The notes beneath the pieces are model-generated. The model was not told where the DNA came from and did not search any database. It saw nothing but the letters and a program-made list of their open reading frames with translations. From Gemmatimonadota bacterium (GTDB taxonomy: Bacteria; Gemmatimonadota; Gemmatimonadetes; Palauibacterales; KS3-K002), in assembly GCA_039586795.1 (NCBI GenBank), contig JBDHJS010000004.1, forward strand, positions 32,001 to 96,000: a stretch of DNA of 64,000 nt, given 5' to 3'. Of the stretch, positions 9,632 to 17,544 are shown one piece after another (the stretch's first letter is position 1; each line of letters begins with the position of its first letter). The translations under genes were made by a program, and so were the position numbers.

Positions 9632-10282
9632 GTGAAGAGGAAAGCGACGCGAGTCAACTGGCTTGCTGTGCCCCTGGCTGCCGTGGTCGCAGCGTGTGGC
9701 GGCAGCAGCGACATAGATGAGGGACCTGTCCCGGTCACCGGTTTCGGCGTACTCAGCGGAAAGACAGTCCTCGTGCTGCCGGTTCAGTACGTCCGTCGGG
9801 TACCGGGCGGCTGGCCGGGGCGCCAGTCCGGTGCCAAAGAGGCGGCGCGTGCGGCCGACGCCGAGATCGCGTTTGCGCTAGACGAATACGGCGGTCGTGC
9901 GATCTGGGTGAAGCCAGAACAGCAGGTAAGAGCGCTGCAACAACAACCTTCAATTCAGGGAGTGGATCCGTACCTGCTTTCCGCGGACAGGCTGAGGGCC
10001 GAAGGGAAGGACGCGAAGACGTTCCGCGATGATCTGTACGGCGAGCTGCGGATGGTCTCGGCCCTGTTTGACGCGCGCTATGCGATCTGGCCTCTCGAAC
10101 TGATCAGCGTTGCTGGTGAAGATGATTCGGGGGAGCACCTAGCGGTGCGATCGTTTCTGTTGGATCTGCGGACGGGAACCGTCCTGTGGTACGGGGTCGT
10201 GATAGGGGATGACCAGCCGCCTGCGTCACCGGGGGCGCTTGCGGGTCTGGCGCAGGCCTTCGCGGAACTGGTCAGTCCCTAG
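9632..10282 (+). CDS. Hypothetical lipoprotein
   Basis: GGAGG SD before GTG 9632; basic N-terminus, hydrophobic stretch, lipobox VAAC. Confidence 0.65.
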   Translation: MKRKATRVNWLAVPLAAVVAACGGSSDIDEGPVPVTGFGVLSGKTVLVLPVQYVRRVPGGWPGRQSGAKEAARAADAEIAFALDEYGGRAIWVKPEQQVRALQQQPSIQGVDPYLLSADRLRAEGKDAKTFRDDLYGELRMVSALFDARYAIWPLELISVAGEDDSGEHLAVRSFLLDLRTGTVLWYGVVIGDDQPPASPGALAGLAQAFAELVSP

Positions 10283-10311
10283 CCGGGCCTGGGCGCGAGG
10301 CGATTGGGACT

Positions 10312-11328
10312 ATGAAGCACACGATCACACTGATACCCGGCGATGGCATCGGGCCGGAGATCGTCGATTCTGCGCTCAGGGTTTTCGATGCCGCCGGCAC
10401 CGACGTCGAATGGGATCGCCAGATCGCCGGGATGGCGTCGGTAGAGAAGGGGCTTGGACCACTACCCGACGAGACCGTCGACTCGATTCTCGCTAACAAG
10501 ATCGCGCTCAAGGGGCCGCTGACGACACCGGTGGGCGAAGGCTTCAGGTCGATCAACGTCGCCCTGAGGAGACACTTCGACCTCTACGCCAACGTGCGCC
10601 CGGCGAAGACGCTGGTGCCTGGCGGCCGCTACGAAGATGTCGACCTGGTGGTCATTCGCGAGAACACCGAGGGGCTCTACGTCGGAGTAGAGCACTACAT
10701 TGGGGTCGAGGAAGACCCCCACGCAGCAGCCGAGTCCGTGATGATCGTCACTCGCTACGGCGCTGAACGCATCGCGCGATTCGCCTTCGACTATGCGGTC
10801 TCGCAGGGGCGGAAGAAGGTCACGTTGGTTCACAAGGCGAACATACTGAAGTGCACTCAGGGGCTGTTCCTCGAGGTCGGCCGTACTATTGCCGAGGAGT
10901 ATGCTGGCCGCGTCGAGTTCGAAGACCGAATTGTGGACAATACGGCCATGCAGCTGGTGGTGAATCCCTACCAGTTCGATGTGCTGGTGATGGAGAACAT
11001 GTTCGGGGATATCCTGTCGGATCAGGCATCCGGGCTGATAGGTGGTCTGGGGATGGCTCCGGGCGCCAACATCGGAAACCACGCGGCCATCTTCGAGGCG
11101 GTTCACGGGTCGGCCCCGGACATTGCGGGTCAGGGAAGAGCCAATCCGTCGGCGATCTTGTTGGCTGGCTGCATGATGTTCGACTACATCGGTCTGACCG
11201 AGGAAGCGTCGCGCACGAGGGCCGCGTTGGCGTCGGCTCTGAAGAACGATATTCGAACCAGCGATCTGGGCGGTAAGGCTACGACAGAGCAATTTGCGGA
11301 TCAGATCATAAAGGAGCTGGCGCCGTGA
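10312..11328 (+). CDS. icd: Isocitrate/isopropylmalate dehydrogenase family, probably NAD-dependent isocitrate dehydrogenase
   Basis: IPGDGIGPEI, KGPLTTP..RSINVALR, RENTEGLY, HKANI, NMFGDILSD and EAVHGSAPDIAG motifs. Confidence 0.8.
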   Translation: MKHTITLIPGDGIGPEIVDSALRVFDAAGTDVEWDRQIAGMASVEKGLGPLPDETVDSILANKIALKGPLTTPVGEGFRSINVALRRHFDLYANVRPAKTLVPGGRYEDVDLVVIRENTEGLYVGVEHYIGVEEDPHAAAESVMIVTRYGAERIARFAFDYAVSQGRKKVTLVHKANILKCTQGLFLEVGRTIAEEYAGRVEFEDRIVDNTAMQLVVNPYQFDVLVMENMFGDILSDQASGLIGGLGMAPGANIGNHAAIFEAVHGSAPDIAGQGRANPSAILLAGCMMFDYIGLTEEASRTRAALASALKNDIRTSDLGGKATTEQFADQIIKELAP

Positions 11329-11660
11329 GATTCGGGTCGACGGAGGCAGCGTGCACTAGCTGCCGCGAGATCTATCCCGCCGGCGATCTCGATCGCTACC
11401 TGTGGTGCCCGGACTGCCGGGACAAGCTGCGGCAGAGTGGGATCGGGTGGGGGAGACTGGTTGGGCTTGTGGCGGCGACAGGCCTCGCGTTGTATCTGTA
11501 TGTCAGGGTCAGTCCATCGCCGCGCTTCATCCTCGTGTATCTGCTTCTCTTGGCCATGACCTACTCGTTGACGAGCCGCATTGCCATGGCGGTAGTGCAG
11601 GGATTTTACCGTTCCCGCGGATCCTACGCGGGCGGATCCGACACACAGGAAGGGGAGTGA
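11325..11660 (+). CDS. Small membrane protein with N-terminal CxxC..CxxC zinc ribbon
   Basis: GTGA overlap with the icd stop; CTSC and CPDC; two hydrophobic helices; fills the gap before the next gene. Confidence 0.65.
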   Translation: MRFGSTEAACTSCREIYPAGDLDRYLWCPDCRDKLRQSGIGWGRLVGLVAATGLALYLYVRVSPSPRFILVYLLLLAMTYSLTSRIAMAVVQGFYRSRGSYAGGSDTQEGE

Positions 11661-11664
11661 TGGT

Positions 11665-12846
11665 GTGAGCTTCGAGGGAATCGACTTCTTCAAGACCGAC
11701 CTATTGCTATCCGAGGAAGAGCGGGCTGTCCGCGATACCGTGCGCGAGTGGGTGGAAGACAACCTCATGCCTGTTATTGGGGACTGCTACATCGAACACC
11801 GTTTTCCGAAAGAGCTGATTCCGCAGATGGCCGACCTGGGTTTGTTCGGTTGTAACATGCCGGAGAAGTATGGGTGTGCCGGGCTGAACAACGTTGGCTA
11901 CGGATTGATCCAGCAGGAACTGGAGCGTGGCGACTCAGGCATCCGATCCTTCAATAGCGTGCAGAGCTCGCTGGTCATGTATCCGATCCTCGAATTTGGC
12001 AACGAGGACCAGCGGATGCACTGGCTGCCCAAACTCGCTGGTGGCGAAGCGATCGGCTGTTTCGGGCTGACGGAGCCGGATTTCGGATCGAACCCGGGCG
12101 GTCTGATCACGCGCGCGGTCAAGGACGGAAACGAGTGGGTGATCACTGGGACTAAGATGTGGATCACAAACGCCTCCGTGGCAGACGTGGCGATCATCTG
12201 GGCAAAGACCGGCGAAATCGACGATCCGAAGTCAATTCGTGGGTTCATTGTAGAGACGGATCGAGACGGCTACGTCCCGGCCGACCAAAAGGGCAAGCTG
12301 TCGCTTCTCGCTTCGGACACGAGTGAGATCTCGTTGCAGGAAGTGCGCGTGCCGGATGAGAACCTGCTACCGGGTTCCGGGGGCCTGAAGAGCCCGCTGA
12401 TGTGCCTGAACCAGGCGCGGTACGGAATCGCGTGGGGTGCGATTGGCGCTGCCCAAGCGTGCTACGACGAAGCGTTGAGCTATGGCATCAACCGCGTCCA
12501 GTTCGAGCGTCCGATCGCCGGCTACCAGATTCAGCAGGTCCGGCTGGTCGAGATGATGACCGAGATCACGAAAGCGCAGCTGCTGGCCATCCAACTAGGA
12601 AGGCTGAAGGACAGGGGCGAGCTGCATCATGCCCAGGTGTCGTTGGCGAAGCGTAACAACGTCAGCATGGCGTGCGATGTAGCGCGCGAGGCTCGCCGAC
12701 TATTGGGCGCCAATGGGATACTTGTCGAGTACCAGTCGATGCGGCATATGGCGAACCTGGAGTCGGTGTATACGTACGAAGGGACGCACGATATCCATAG
12801 TCTGATCATCGGGGAGGAGATCACTGGAATCAGCGCGATCCAGTGA
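11665..12846 (+). CDS. gcdH: Acyl-CoA dehydrogenase, glutaryl-CoA dehydrogenase-like
   Basis: ELERGDSG.RS..SVQSSL, GCFGLTEPDFGS, KMWITN, CLNQARYGIAWG and TYEGTHDIH motifs. Confidence 0.8.
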   Translation: MSFEGIDFFKTDLLLSEEERAVRDTVREWVEDNLMPVIGDCYIEHRFPKELIPQMADLGLFGCNMPEKYGCAGLNNVGYGLIQQELERGDSGIRSFNSVQSSLVMYPILEFGNEDQRMHWLPKLAGGEAIGCFGLTEPDFGSNPGGLITRAVKDGNEWVITGTKMWITNASVADVAIIWAKTGEIDDPKSIRGFIVETDRDGYVPADQKGKLSLLASDTSEISLQEVRVPDENLLPGSGGLKSPLMCLNQARYGIAWGAIGAAQACYDEALSYGINRVQFERPIAGYQIQQVRLVEMMTEITKAQLLAIQLGRLKDRGELHHAQVSLAKRNNVSMACDVAREARRLLGANGILVEYQSMRHMANLESVYTYEGTHDIHSLIIGEEITGISAIQ

Positions 12847-12847
12847 C

Positions 12848-12883
12848 GGGAATCTCGAAGTCGGATATCGGGATTCTGAGTTC
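12848..12883. repeat. Left arm of heptamer-periodic inverted repeat flanking the tRNA
   Basis: 12861-12883 tcggatatcgggattctgagttc matches the reverse complement of 13170-13192 at 22/23 positions. Confidence 0.85.
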
Positions 12884-12914
12884 GGGAACACAGAACTGCT
12901 TTGAATCATCGAAG

Positions 12915-12942
12915 CGGATTCGAGATTCTGGATTCGGGTATT
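12915..12942. repeat. Short heptamer array (cggattc gagattc tggattc gggtatt)
   Basis: Same GGATTC-type unit as the adjacent arm. Confidence 0.6.
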
Positions 12943-12956
12943 TTGGAAGCGGGAGG

Positions 12957-12985
12957 TTGCCGGGTCGGACTTGTTCGGAGAGATT
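12957..12985 (+). promoter_or_regulatory. Putative promoter of tRNA-Arg
   Basis: TTGCCG-N17-GAGATT, about 20 nt before the tRNA. Confidence 0.4.
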
Positions 12986-13006
12986 AGGCGTCACCTAAAC
13001 ATCAGC

Positions 13007-13080
13007 GCGCCCGTAGCTCAACTGGACAGAGCACTGGACTTCGGATCCAGGGGTTGGGGGTTCGAATCCTCCCGGGCGCG
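13007..13080 (+). tRNA. tRNA-Arg, anticodon TCG; CCA not encoded
   Basis: Cloverleaf: acceptor GCGCCCG/CGGGCGC, D arm GCTC/GAGC, anticodon arm CTGGA-CT TCG GA-TCCAG, T arm GGGGG-TTCGAAT-CCTCC, discriminator G, followed by CCT. Confidence 0.95.
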
Positions 13081-13169
13081 CCTTGTATTGTAGTGCCCGG
13101 TTCGCCTGATCGCGGTTTCCGGTTCCCGACTCGTTGAATCAGCTTCCTGCTCTGAATGTCGACTGTTGT

Positions 13170-13213
13170 GAACTCAGAATCCCGACATCCGAGTTCTTGA
13201 ATTCGGGATTCCC
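13170..13213. repeat. Right arm of inverted repeat flanking the tRNA
   Basis: Reverse complement gggaatcccgaattcaagaactcggatgtcgggattctgagttc aligns to 12848-12883 with about one extra heptamer. Confidence 0.85.
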
Positions 13214-13214
13214 A

Positions 13215-14237
13215 TCAATCGTCCCGGCCGATTAAGAGCATTCTCTCCAGCGCTTGCCTCGCCTTCTCGCGCATCTCGACCGGAACATCGACTTCGTACT
13301 GCCCGAGGCGGAGTGAGTCGAGGGTGTTCTCCAGCGTGATCTTCTTCATGTGTGGACAGAGGGTGCAGGGCCGGACCATCTCCTTCTCCGGATGAGCCTC
13401 CTGGACGTTGTCGGACATTGAGCATTCCGTAACGAGAAGCAGGCGCGGCGAATCGGTCTCATCGACGTATTTGACCATCGCGGTGGTCGAGCCGACGAAG
13501 TCTGCTTCGGCGCACACTTCCGGCGAGCATTCAGGATGGGCGAGGATGACGAGGCCCGGGAACTGCTCGCGATAGGATTGAAGTTCCTCGACGGTGAATT
13601 GCTCGTGTACTATGCAGCGGCCCTTCCAGGCGATGACCTCAACGTCGGTCTCTTTCTGTACGTTGAGGGCTAGGTATTCATCGGGGAGGAAGATCACCCG
13701 GTCGACGCCCAATGATTCGACAACGGCGCGCGCGTTTGCCGAGGTGCAGCAAATATCGGATTCGGCCTTGATCGAGGCCGGCGTATTGACGTAAGTGACC
13801 ACCGGCACCCCGGGGTACTTCTCCTTCATCAGGCGGACGTCCTGGGCGGTGATGCTCTCGCTGAGCGAGCAGCCCGCGTCGAGATCGGGTATGAGGACGC
13901 GTTTCTTCGGATTGAGGATCTTGGCGGTCTCTGCCATAAAGTGAACGCCGCAGAAGACGATCGTATCCTCCTCGACCTCCATAGCGGCCTGGGCCAGGCC
14001 GAGAGAGTCGCCCTGGAAGTCGGCGATTCCGTAAAAGATCTGGGGTACCTGGTAATTGTGTGCCAGGATGACGGCCCCAACCTCCTGCTTGAGGCGCAAG
14101 ATCTCGTGGATCAGCGGCGCCTGCATCCTCCACTCGACCTCGGGGACGAGGTCGCCGATCTTCTCGTATATGTGGGCCGTGGCCCTCTCCACTTCGGGCG
14201 TGAAATCCAGCTGTTGGGTCTTGACCTTCGTTGTCAT
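13215..14237 (-). CDS. nadA: Quinolinate synthase
   Basis: ILAHNYQ, GDSL, FCGVHFMAETAKILNP, AGCSL, YVN, CCTSANA, CIVH, AHPEC and CPHMK motifs. Confidence 0.97.
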   Translation of the reverse strand: MTTKVKTQQLDFTPEVERATAHIYEKIGDLVPEVEWRMQAPLIHEILRLKQEVGAVILAHNYQVPQIFYGIADFQGDSLGLAQAAMEVEEDTIVFCGVHFMAETAKILNPKKRVLIPDLDAGCSLSESITAQDVRLMKEKYPGVPVVTYVNTPASIKAESDICCTSANARAVVESLGVDRVIFLPDEYLALNVQKETDVEVIAWKGRCIVHEQFTVEELQSYREQFPGLVILAHPECSPEVCAEADFVGSTTAMVKYVDETDSPRLLLVTECSMSDNVQEAHPEKEMVRPCTLCPHMKKITLENTLDSLRLGQYEVDVPVEMREKARQALERMLLIGRDD

Positions 14238-14304
14238 TTCCAGTCCTGCCTTGGGTCCTGCGGCCTTCGGCCGTGGTTGGGGACACCTGCCGCTTCAGGC
14301 TATA
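14238..14304 (-). promoter_or_regulatory. Structured nadA 5' leader, candidate riboswitch
   Basis: Hairpin GCCUG-AAGCGG-CAGGU, then GUCC-CCAACCA-CGGCC-GAA-GGCCG-CA-GGAC; a second GGAC overlaps the SD. Confidence 0.45.
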
Positions 14305-14310
14305 GACGGA

Positions 14311-14340
14311 ATCTTCGGCAGGGAGGTCTGGAAATGTCAA
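14311..14340 (-). promoter_or_regulatory. Putative nadA promoter
   Basis: Minus strand TTGACA-N18-GAAGAT. Confidence 0.5.
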
Positions 14341-14359
14341 CCCACTTGAGGATCGAGGC

Positions 14360-14389
14360 TTGACCTGGCGCGCGCCGGGCCGTGATATT
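14360..14389 (+). promoter_or_regulatory. Putative rnpB promoter
   Basis: TTGACC-N18-GATATT; the predicted +1 (14396) coincides with the first base of RNase P helix P1. Confidence 0.6.
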
Positions 14390-14395
14390 CCGGGT

Positions 14396-14765
14396 GCCGT
14401 GAGGGGAGTGAAGGGCCGCGGGCCGGCGCCTCCGGGCGCGCGGTTCGAGGAAAGTCCGAGCTCCACAGGGCAGGGTGCCGGGTAACACCCGGGCGGCGCA
14501 AGCCGACGGAAAGTGCCACAGAGAATAGACCGCCGATTGCCGCTCGCGGCTGTCGGTAAGGGTGAAACGGTGGGGTAAGAGCCCACCGCCCGCGCGGGTA
14601 ACCGCCGGGGCACGGCAAACCCCACCCGGAGCAAGGCCAAGTAAGGAGAGAGTGGTGGCCCGCCGCGTTACGATCTCCGGGTAGGCCGCACGAGGCGTCG
14701 GGCGACCGGCGTCCCAGATGAATGGCCCCACAGAACAGAACTCGGCTTATGGCTCCCCTCACGGC
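14396..14765 (+). ncRNA. rnpB: RNase P RNA (bacterial type A)
   Basis: GAGGAAAGTCCGAGCTCC, AAGTGCCACAGA, GGTAAGGGTGAAACGGTGGGGTAAGAGCCCACC, GGCAAACCCCACCCGGAGCAAG and ACAGAACTCGGCTTA; P1 gccgtgaggggag pairs with ctcccctcacggc. Confidence 0.97.
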
Positions 14766-14770
14766 GTTTT

Positions 14771-14796
14771 GCCCTCCGAGTTGGAGGGCGTGTTTT
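14771..14796 (+). terminator. Putative intrinsic terminator of rnpB
   Basis: GCCCTCC-GAGTT-GGAGGGC followed by gtgtttt. Confidence 0.55.
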
Positions 14797-14847
14797 ATGT
14801 CCGGTCGATAGCAGAGGACGTCCCACTATTCGGAAGGGTAGCCGTAC

Positions 14848-16143
14848 GTGGCTGGCAACGGCGTGATTCATTTTGAGCTCAAGGAGCGTACCCTGGACAA
14901 CGGGCTGCGCGTGATCGTGCAGGAAGATCACACGTCTCCGGTCGTCTCGGTGCATATCATGTATCACGTCGGATCGAAGCACGAACGGCCGGGAAGGACA
15001 GGATTCGCTCACCTGTTCGAGCACCTGATGTTCCAGGGCTCCGAGCACGTGGCGGACGATGGGCATTTCAAGCTCATCCAGGACGCCGGCGGAACGCTGA
15101 ACGGAAGCACCTGGTTCGACCGTACGAACTACTACGAGACGCTACCTGCCAACGAGATCGAGCTGGGTCTGTGGCTCGAGTCTGACCGCCTGGGGTTCTT
15201 CGAATCATCTATCACGCAAGAAAAGCTGGACAACCAGCGTGACGTAGTGAAGAACGAACGGCGTCAGTCCTACGAGAACCGGCCGTACGGATTAGCGGCG
15301 GAAACGATTCTGAGGATGGCGTTCCCCAAGGGGCACCCGTACCACCACCCGACGATCGGGTTTATGGAGGACCTGGACGCGGCCAGCCTCGAGGACGTGC
15401 GCGAGTTCTTCAGAACGTTCTACACGCCGGACAACGCCGTGCTGGTTCTGGTGGGCGACCTGGAGGCGGAACGGGGTTACGAACTGGCGGAGAAGTACTT
15501 CGGGGAGATCCCTCGCGGGTCCGGCGCCCCCCAGGTGACGGCGCCGCAAGTACCGCCGGGGGAACAGCTCCGGGACACGATCTACGACAACATCCAGTTC
15601 CCGCGTGTTTACATCTTTCATCACGCCCCGCCATTCGGTCACGACGGGTTCGAGTCGGCAGATGTGCTGTCGTACCTGCTGGCCGACGGCAAGAGCTCCC
15701 GGCTGTACCGCAAGTTGGTTTACGAGAAGCGTATCGCGCTGGACGTGAACGCGAACGTGTGGCCGACTCAGGACTGTGGTCTCGGGTTCATCGTCGCCAC
15801 GGCGCGGCCGGGAGTCGAGGCGGAGACGCTGGAGTCGGCGATCATCGAGACGCTCGAAGAGCTGCGGGAGGGCGGTCCAGATGCCGACGAGGTCGAGGGC
15901 GGCGTAAATCGTGGACTGCGCGAATTGGTCACGGCGCTCGAGGGCGTGGGCGATCGATCCGACGCGATAGCTACTTCGGCAACGTTTCTGGGGCGGCCCG
16001 AGTACGTCAACGACCTGTTCGAGCGGGTTGCGGCTGTCGACGCCGACGCTGTGCGCCAGACTTTGGGCGAGTGGTACGTGCCGGAACGCCGGGGGACGCT
16101 CTATGTGCTACCGAACGAGAAACCGGGAGGTGGCAAATCGTGA
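14848..16143 (+). CDS. M16 (pitrilysin) family metallopeptidase, catalytic subunit
   Basis: TGFAHLFEHLMF (HxxEH), NGSTWFDRTNY, LESDR and VVKNERR motifs. Confidence 0.92.
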   Translation: MAGNGVIHFELKERTLDNGLRVIVQEDHTSPVVSVHIMYHVGSKHERPGRTGFAHLFEHLMFQGSEHVADDGHFKLIQDAGGTLNGSTWFDRTNYYETLPANEIELGLWLESDRLGFFESSITQEKLDNQRDVVKNERRQSYENRPYGLAAETILRMAFPKGHPYHHPTIGFMEDLDAASLEDVREFFRTFYTPDNAVLVLVGDLEAERGYELAEKYFGEIPRGSGAPQVTAPQVPPGEQLRDTIYDNIQFPRVYIFHHAPPFGHDGFESADVLSYLLADGKSSRLYRKLVYEKRIALDVNANVWPTQDCGLGFIVATARPGVEAETLESAIIETLEELREGGPDADEVEGGVNRGLRELVTALEGVGDRSDAIATSATFLGRPEYVNDLFERVAAVDADAVRQTLGEWYVPERRGTLYVLPNEKPGGGKS

Positions 16144-17519
16144 CCAGAAAGAGCGGACTTGACCGGAGCGTTCGTCCGGTGCCAGGCTCGGCGCCGCAGA
16201 TCCGCCTTCCGCGTTTAAACCGATTCGTGCTTGGGAACGGGCTGCGGGTGGTGGCGGTGAAACACGATGACATGCCCGAAGTGTCGGCCCGGTTGCTGTT
16301 GACGTTTGGTTCCCTGGAGGACGATCGCGAGCGGGCGGGTACGGCGCTGCTGACGGCCCGGGCGCTGACCGAGGGTACGACCCGCAAGTCCGCTGGGGAA
16401 GTCGCCCGAGCCCTGGACTACCTGGGCGCTCGGTTCAGGATAGACGTCAATCACGACAGCACGATGCTGAGCCTGCGCTTCCTCAGTCGAGTATTCGACG
16501 CCGCGCTCGAGATGATGGCCGAGGTCGTTACCGGCCCCGCGTTCGATGCTTCCGAAGTGGATCGGCTTCGTGAAGAGCGCCTGGACGAGATCGCGGCGGG
16601 CATGGATGAGCCTCGCACGGTAGCGGGCCTGCGTGCGAACGAAGCGATATTCGGCACTCATCCGTACGGCCTGCGGGCTGGCGGTGTGGACGAGACCGTG
16701 CGGCGCATAGATGAGGAGGCGCTGCGAGCGTTTCACTCATGCCGCTACACACCCAGTGAAGCTACGCTCATAATGGTCGGCGATCTGCCGGAACAGGCAG
16801 AGCTCGAACGCAGTCTCGAGTCGACGTTGGGCTGCTGGCAAGGTGAGGCAGGCGAGCGAAAGGTCATCGAAGCCGCCGAGTCGACACCGGGTCGCCGCAT
16901 TTGGGCCATCAACTGGCCCGGCCCGCAATCCGAGATCCGAGTCGGAGATGTGGCGATATCGCGTAGCGATCCCGATTACGCCCCCGCCCTGATCATGAAC
17001 GCCATCCTGGGTGGTCTATTCAGCTCCCGCATCAACATGAACCTGCGGGAGGACAAAGGTTGGACCTACGGTGCCGGCTCGCGCGTCGAAGCTCGCAAAC
17101 TTCGCGGCCCGTTTCTCGTTGCCACAGCGGTTGACTCACGTGCGAGCGTCGGCGCGGTACAGGAGATTCTCGGCGAGATGGAGCGGATGAAGAGCGACCC
17201 GGCTAGCGAAGAGGAGATGGAGTTGGCCATCAACTCGCTGACTCTGTCGCTGCCGCGGTTGTTCGAGACGGTGGGGCAGGTGTCCGGCCGCGTAGCGCAC
17301 CAAGTGTTGCATGACCTTCCTGACGAGTATTGGGAATCCTACGCCGATCTGATTCGCGCTGTGACTCGAGAAGACGTGCAGCGCATTTCTAAACGGCTTC
17401 TGGACACGGATCGATCGGCGATCGTCATCGTGGGCCCGATCGACGAGTTCCGTTCCGAGCTCGAAGAGTTGGGACGGGTCGAAAGTCGCGACGTGTTCGG
17501 CAACCTCTCCGACAGCTGA
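16140..17519 (+). CDS. M16 family peptidase, non-catalytic partner subunit
   Basis: GTGA overlap; M16 fold motifs (LGGLFSSRINMNLREDKGWTYG) without HxxEH. Confidence 0.88.
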   Translation: MTRKSGLDRSVRPVPGSAPQIRLPRLNRFVLGNGLRVVAVKHDDMPEVSARLLLTFGSLEDDRERAGTALLTARALTEGTTRKSAGEVARALDYLGARFRIDVNHDSTMLSLRFLSRVFDAALEMMAEVVTGPAFDASEVDRLREERLDEIAAGMDEPRTVAGLRANEAIFGTHPYGLRAGGVDETVRRIDEEALRAFHSCRYTPSEATLIMVGDLPEQAELERSLESTLGCWQGEAGERKVIEAAESTPGRRIWAINWPGPQSEIRVGDVAISRSDPDYAPALIMNAILGGLFSSRINMNLREDKGWTYGAGSRVEARKLRGPFLVATAVDSRASVGAVQEILGEMERMKSDPASEEEMELAINSLTLSLPRLFETVGQVSGRVAHQVLHDLPDEYWESYADLIRAVTREDVQRISKRLLDTDRSAIVIVGPIDEFRSELEELGRVESRDVFGNLSDS

Positions 17520-17544
17520 CGTCTTCAGGACGTCGTCCAGAACG

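Noticed and set aside
13060..13170. tRNA as an integration site
   Set aside because: No integrase and no duplicated tRNA 3' end were seen in the window; flanking genes are housekeeping.
13678..14762. Minus-strand ORFs of 141-320 aa over the nadA-rnpB region
   Set aside because: They are antisense to RNase P RNA or out of frame within nadA, with Arg/Pro/Gly-rich shadow composition.
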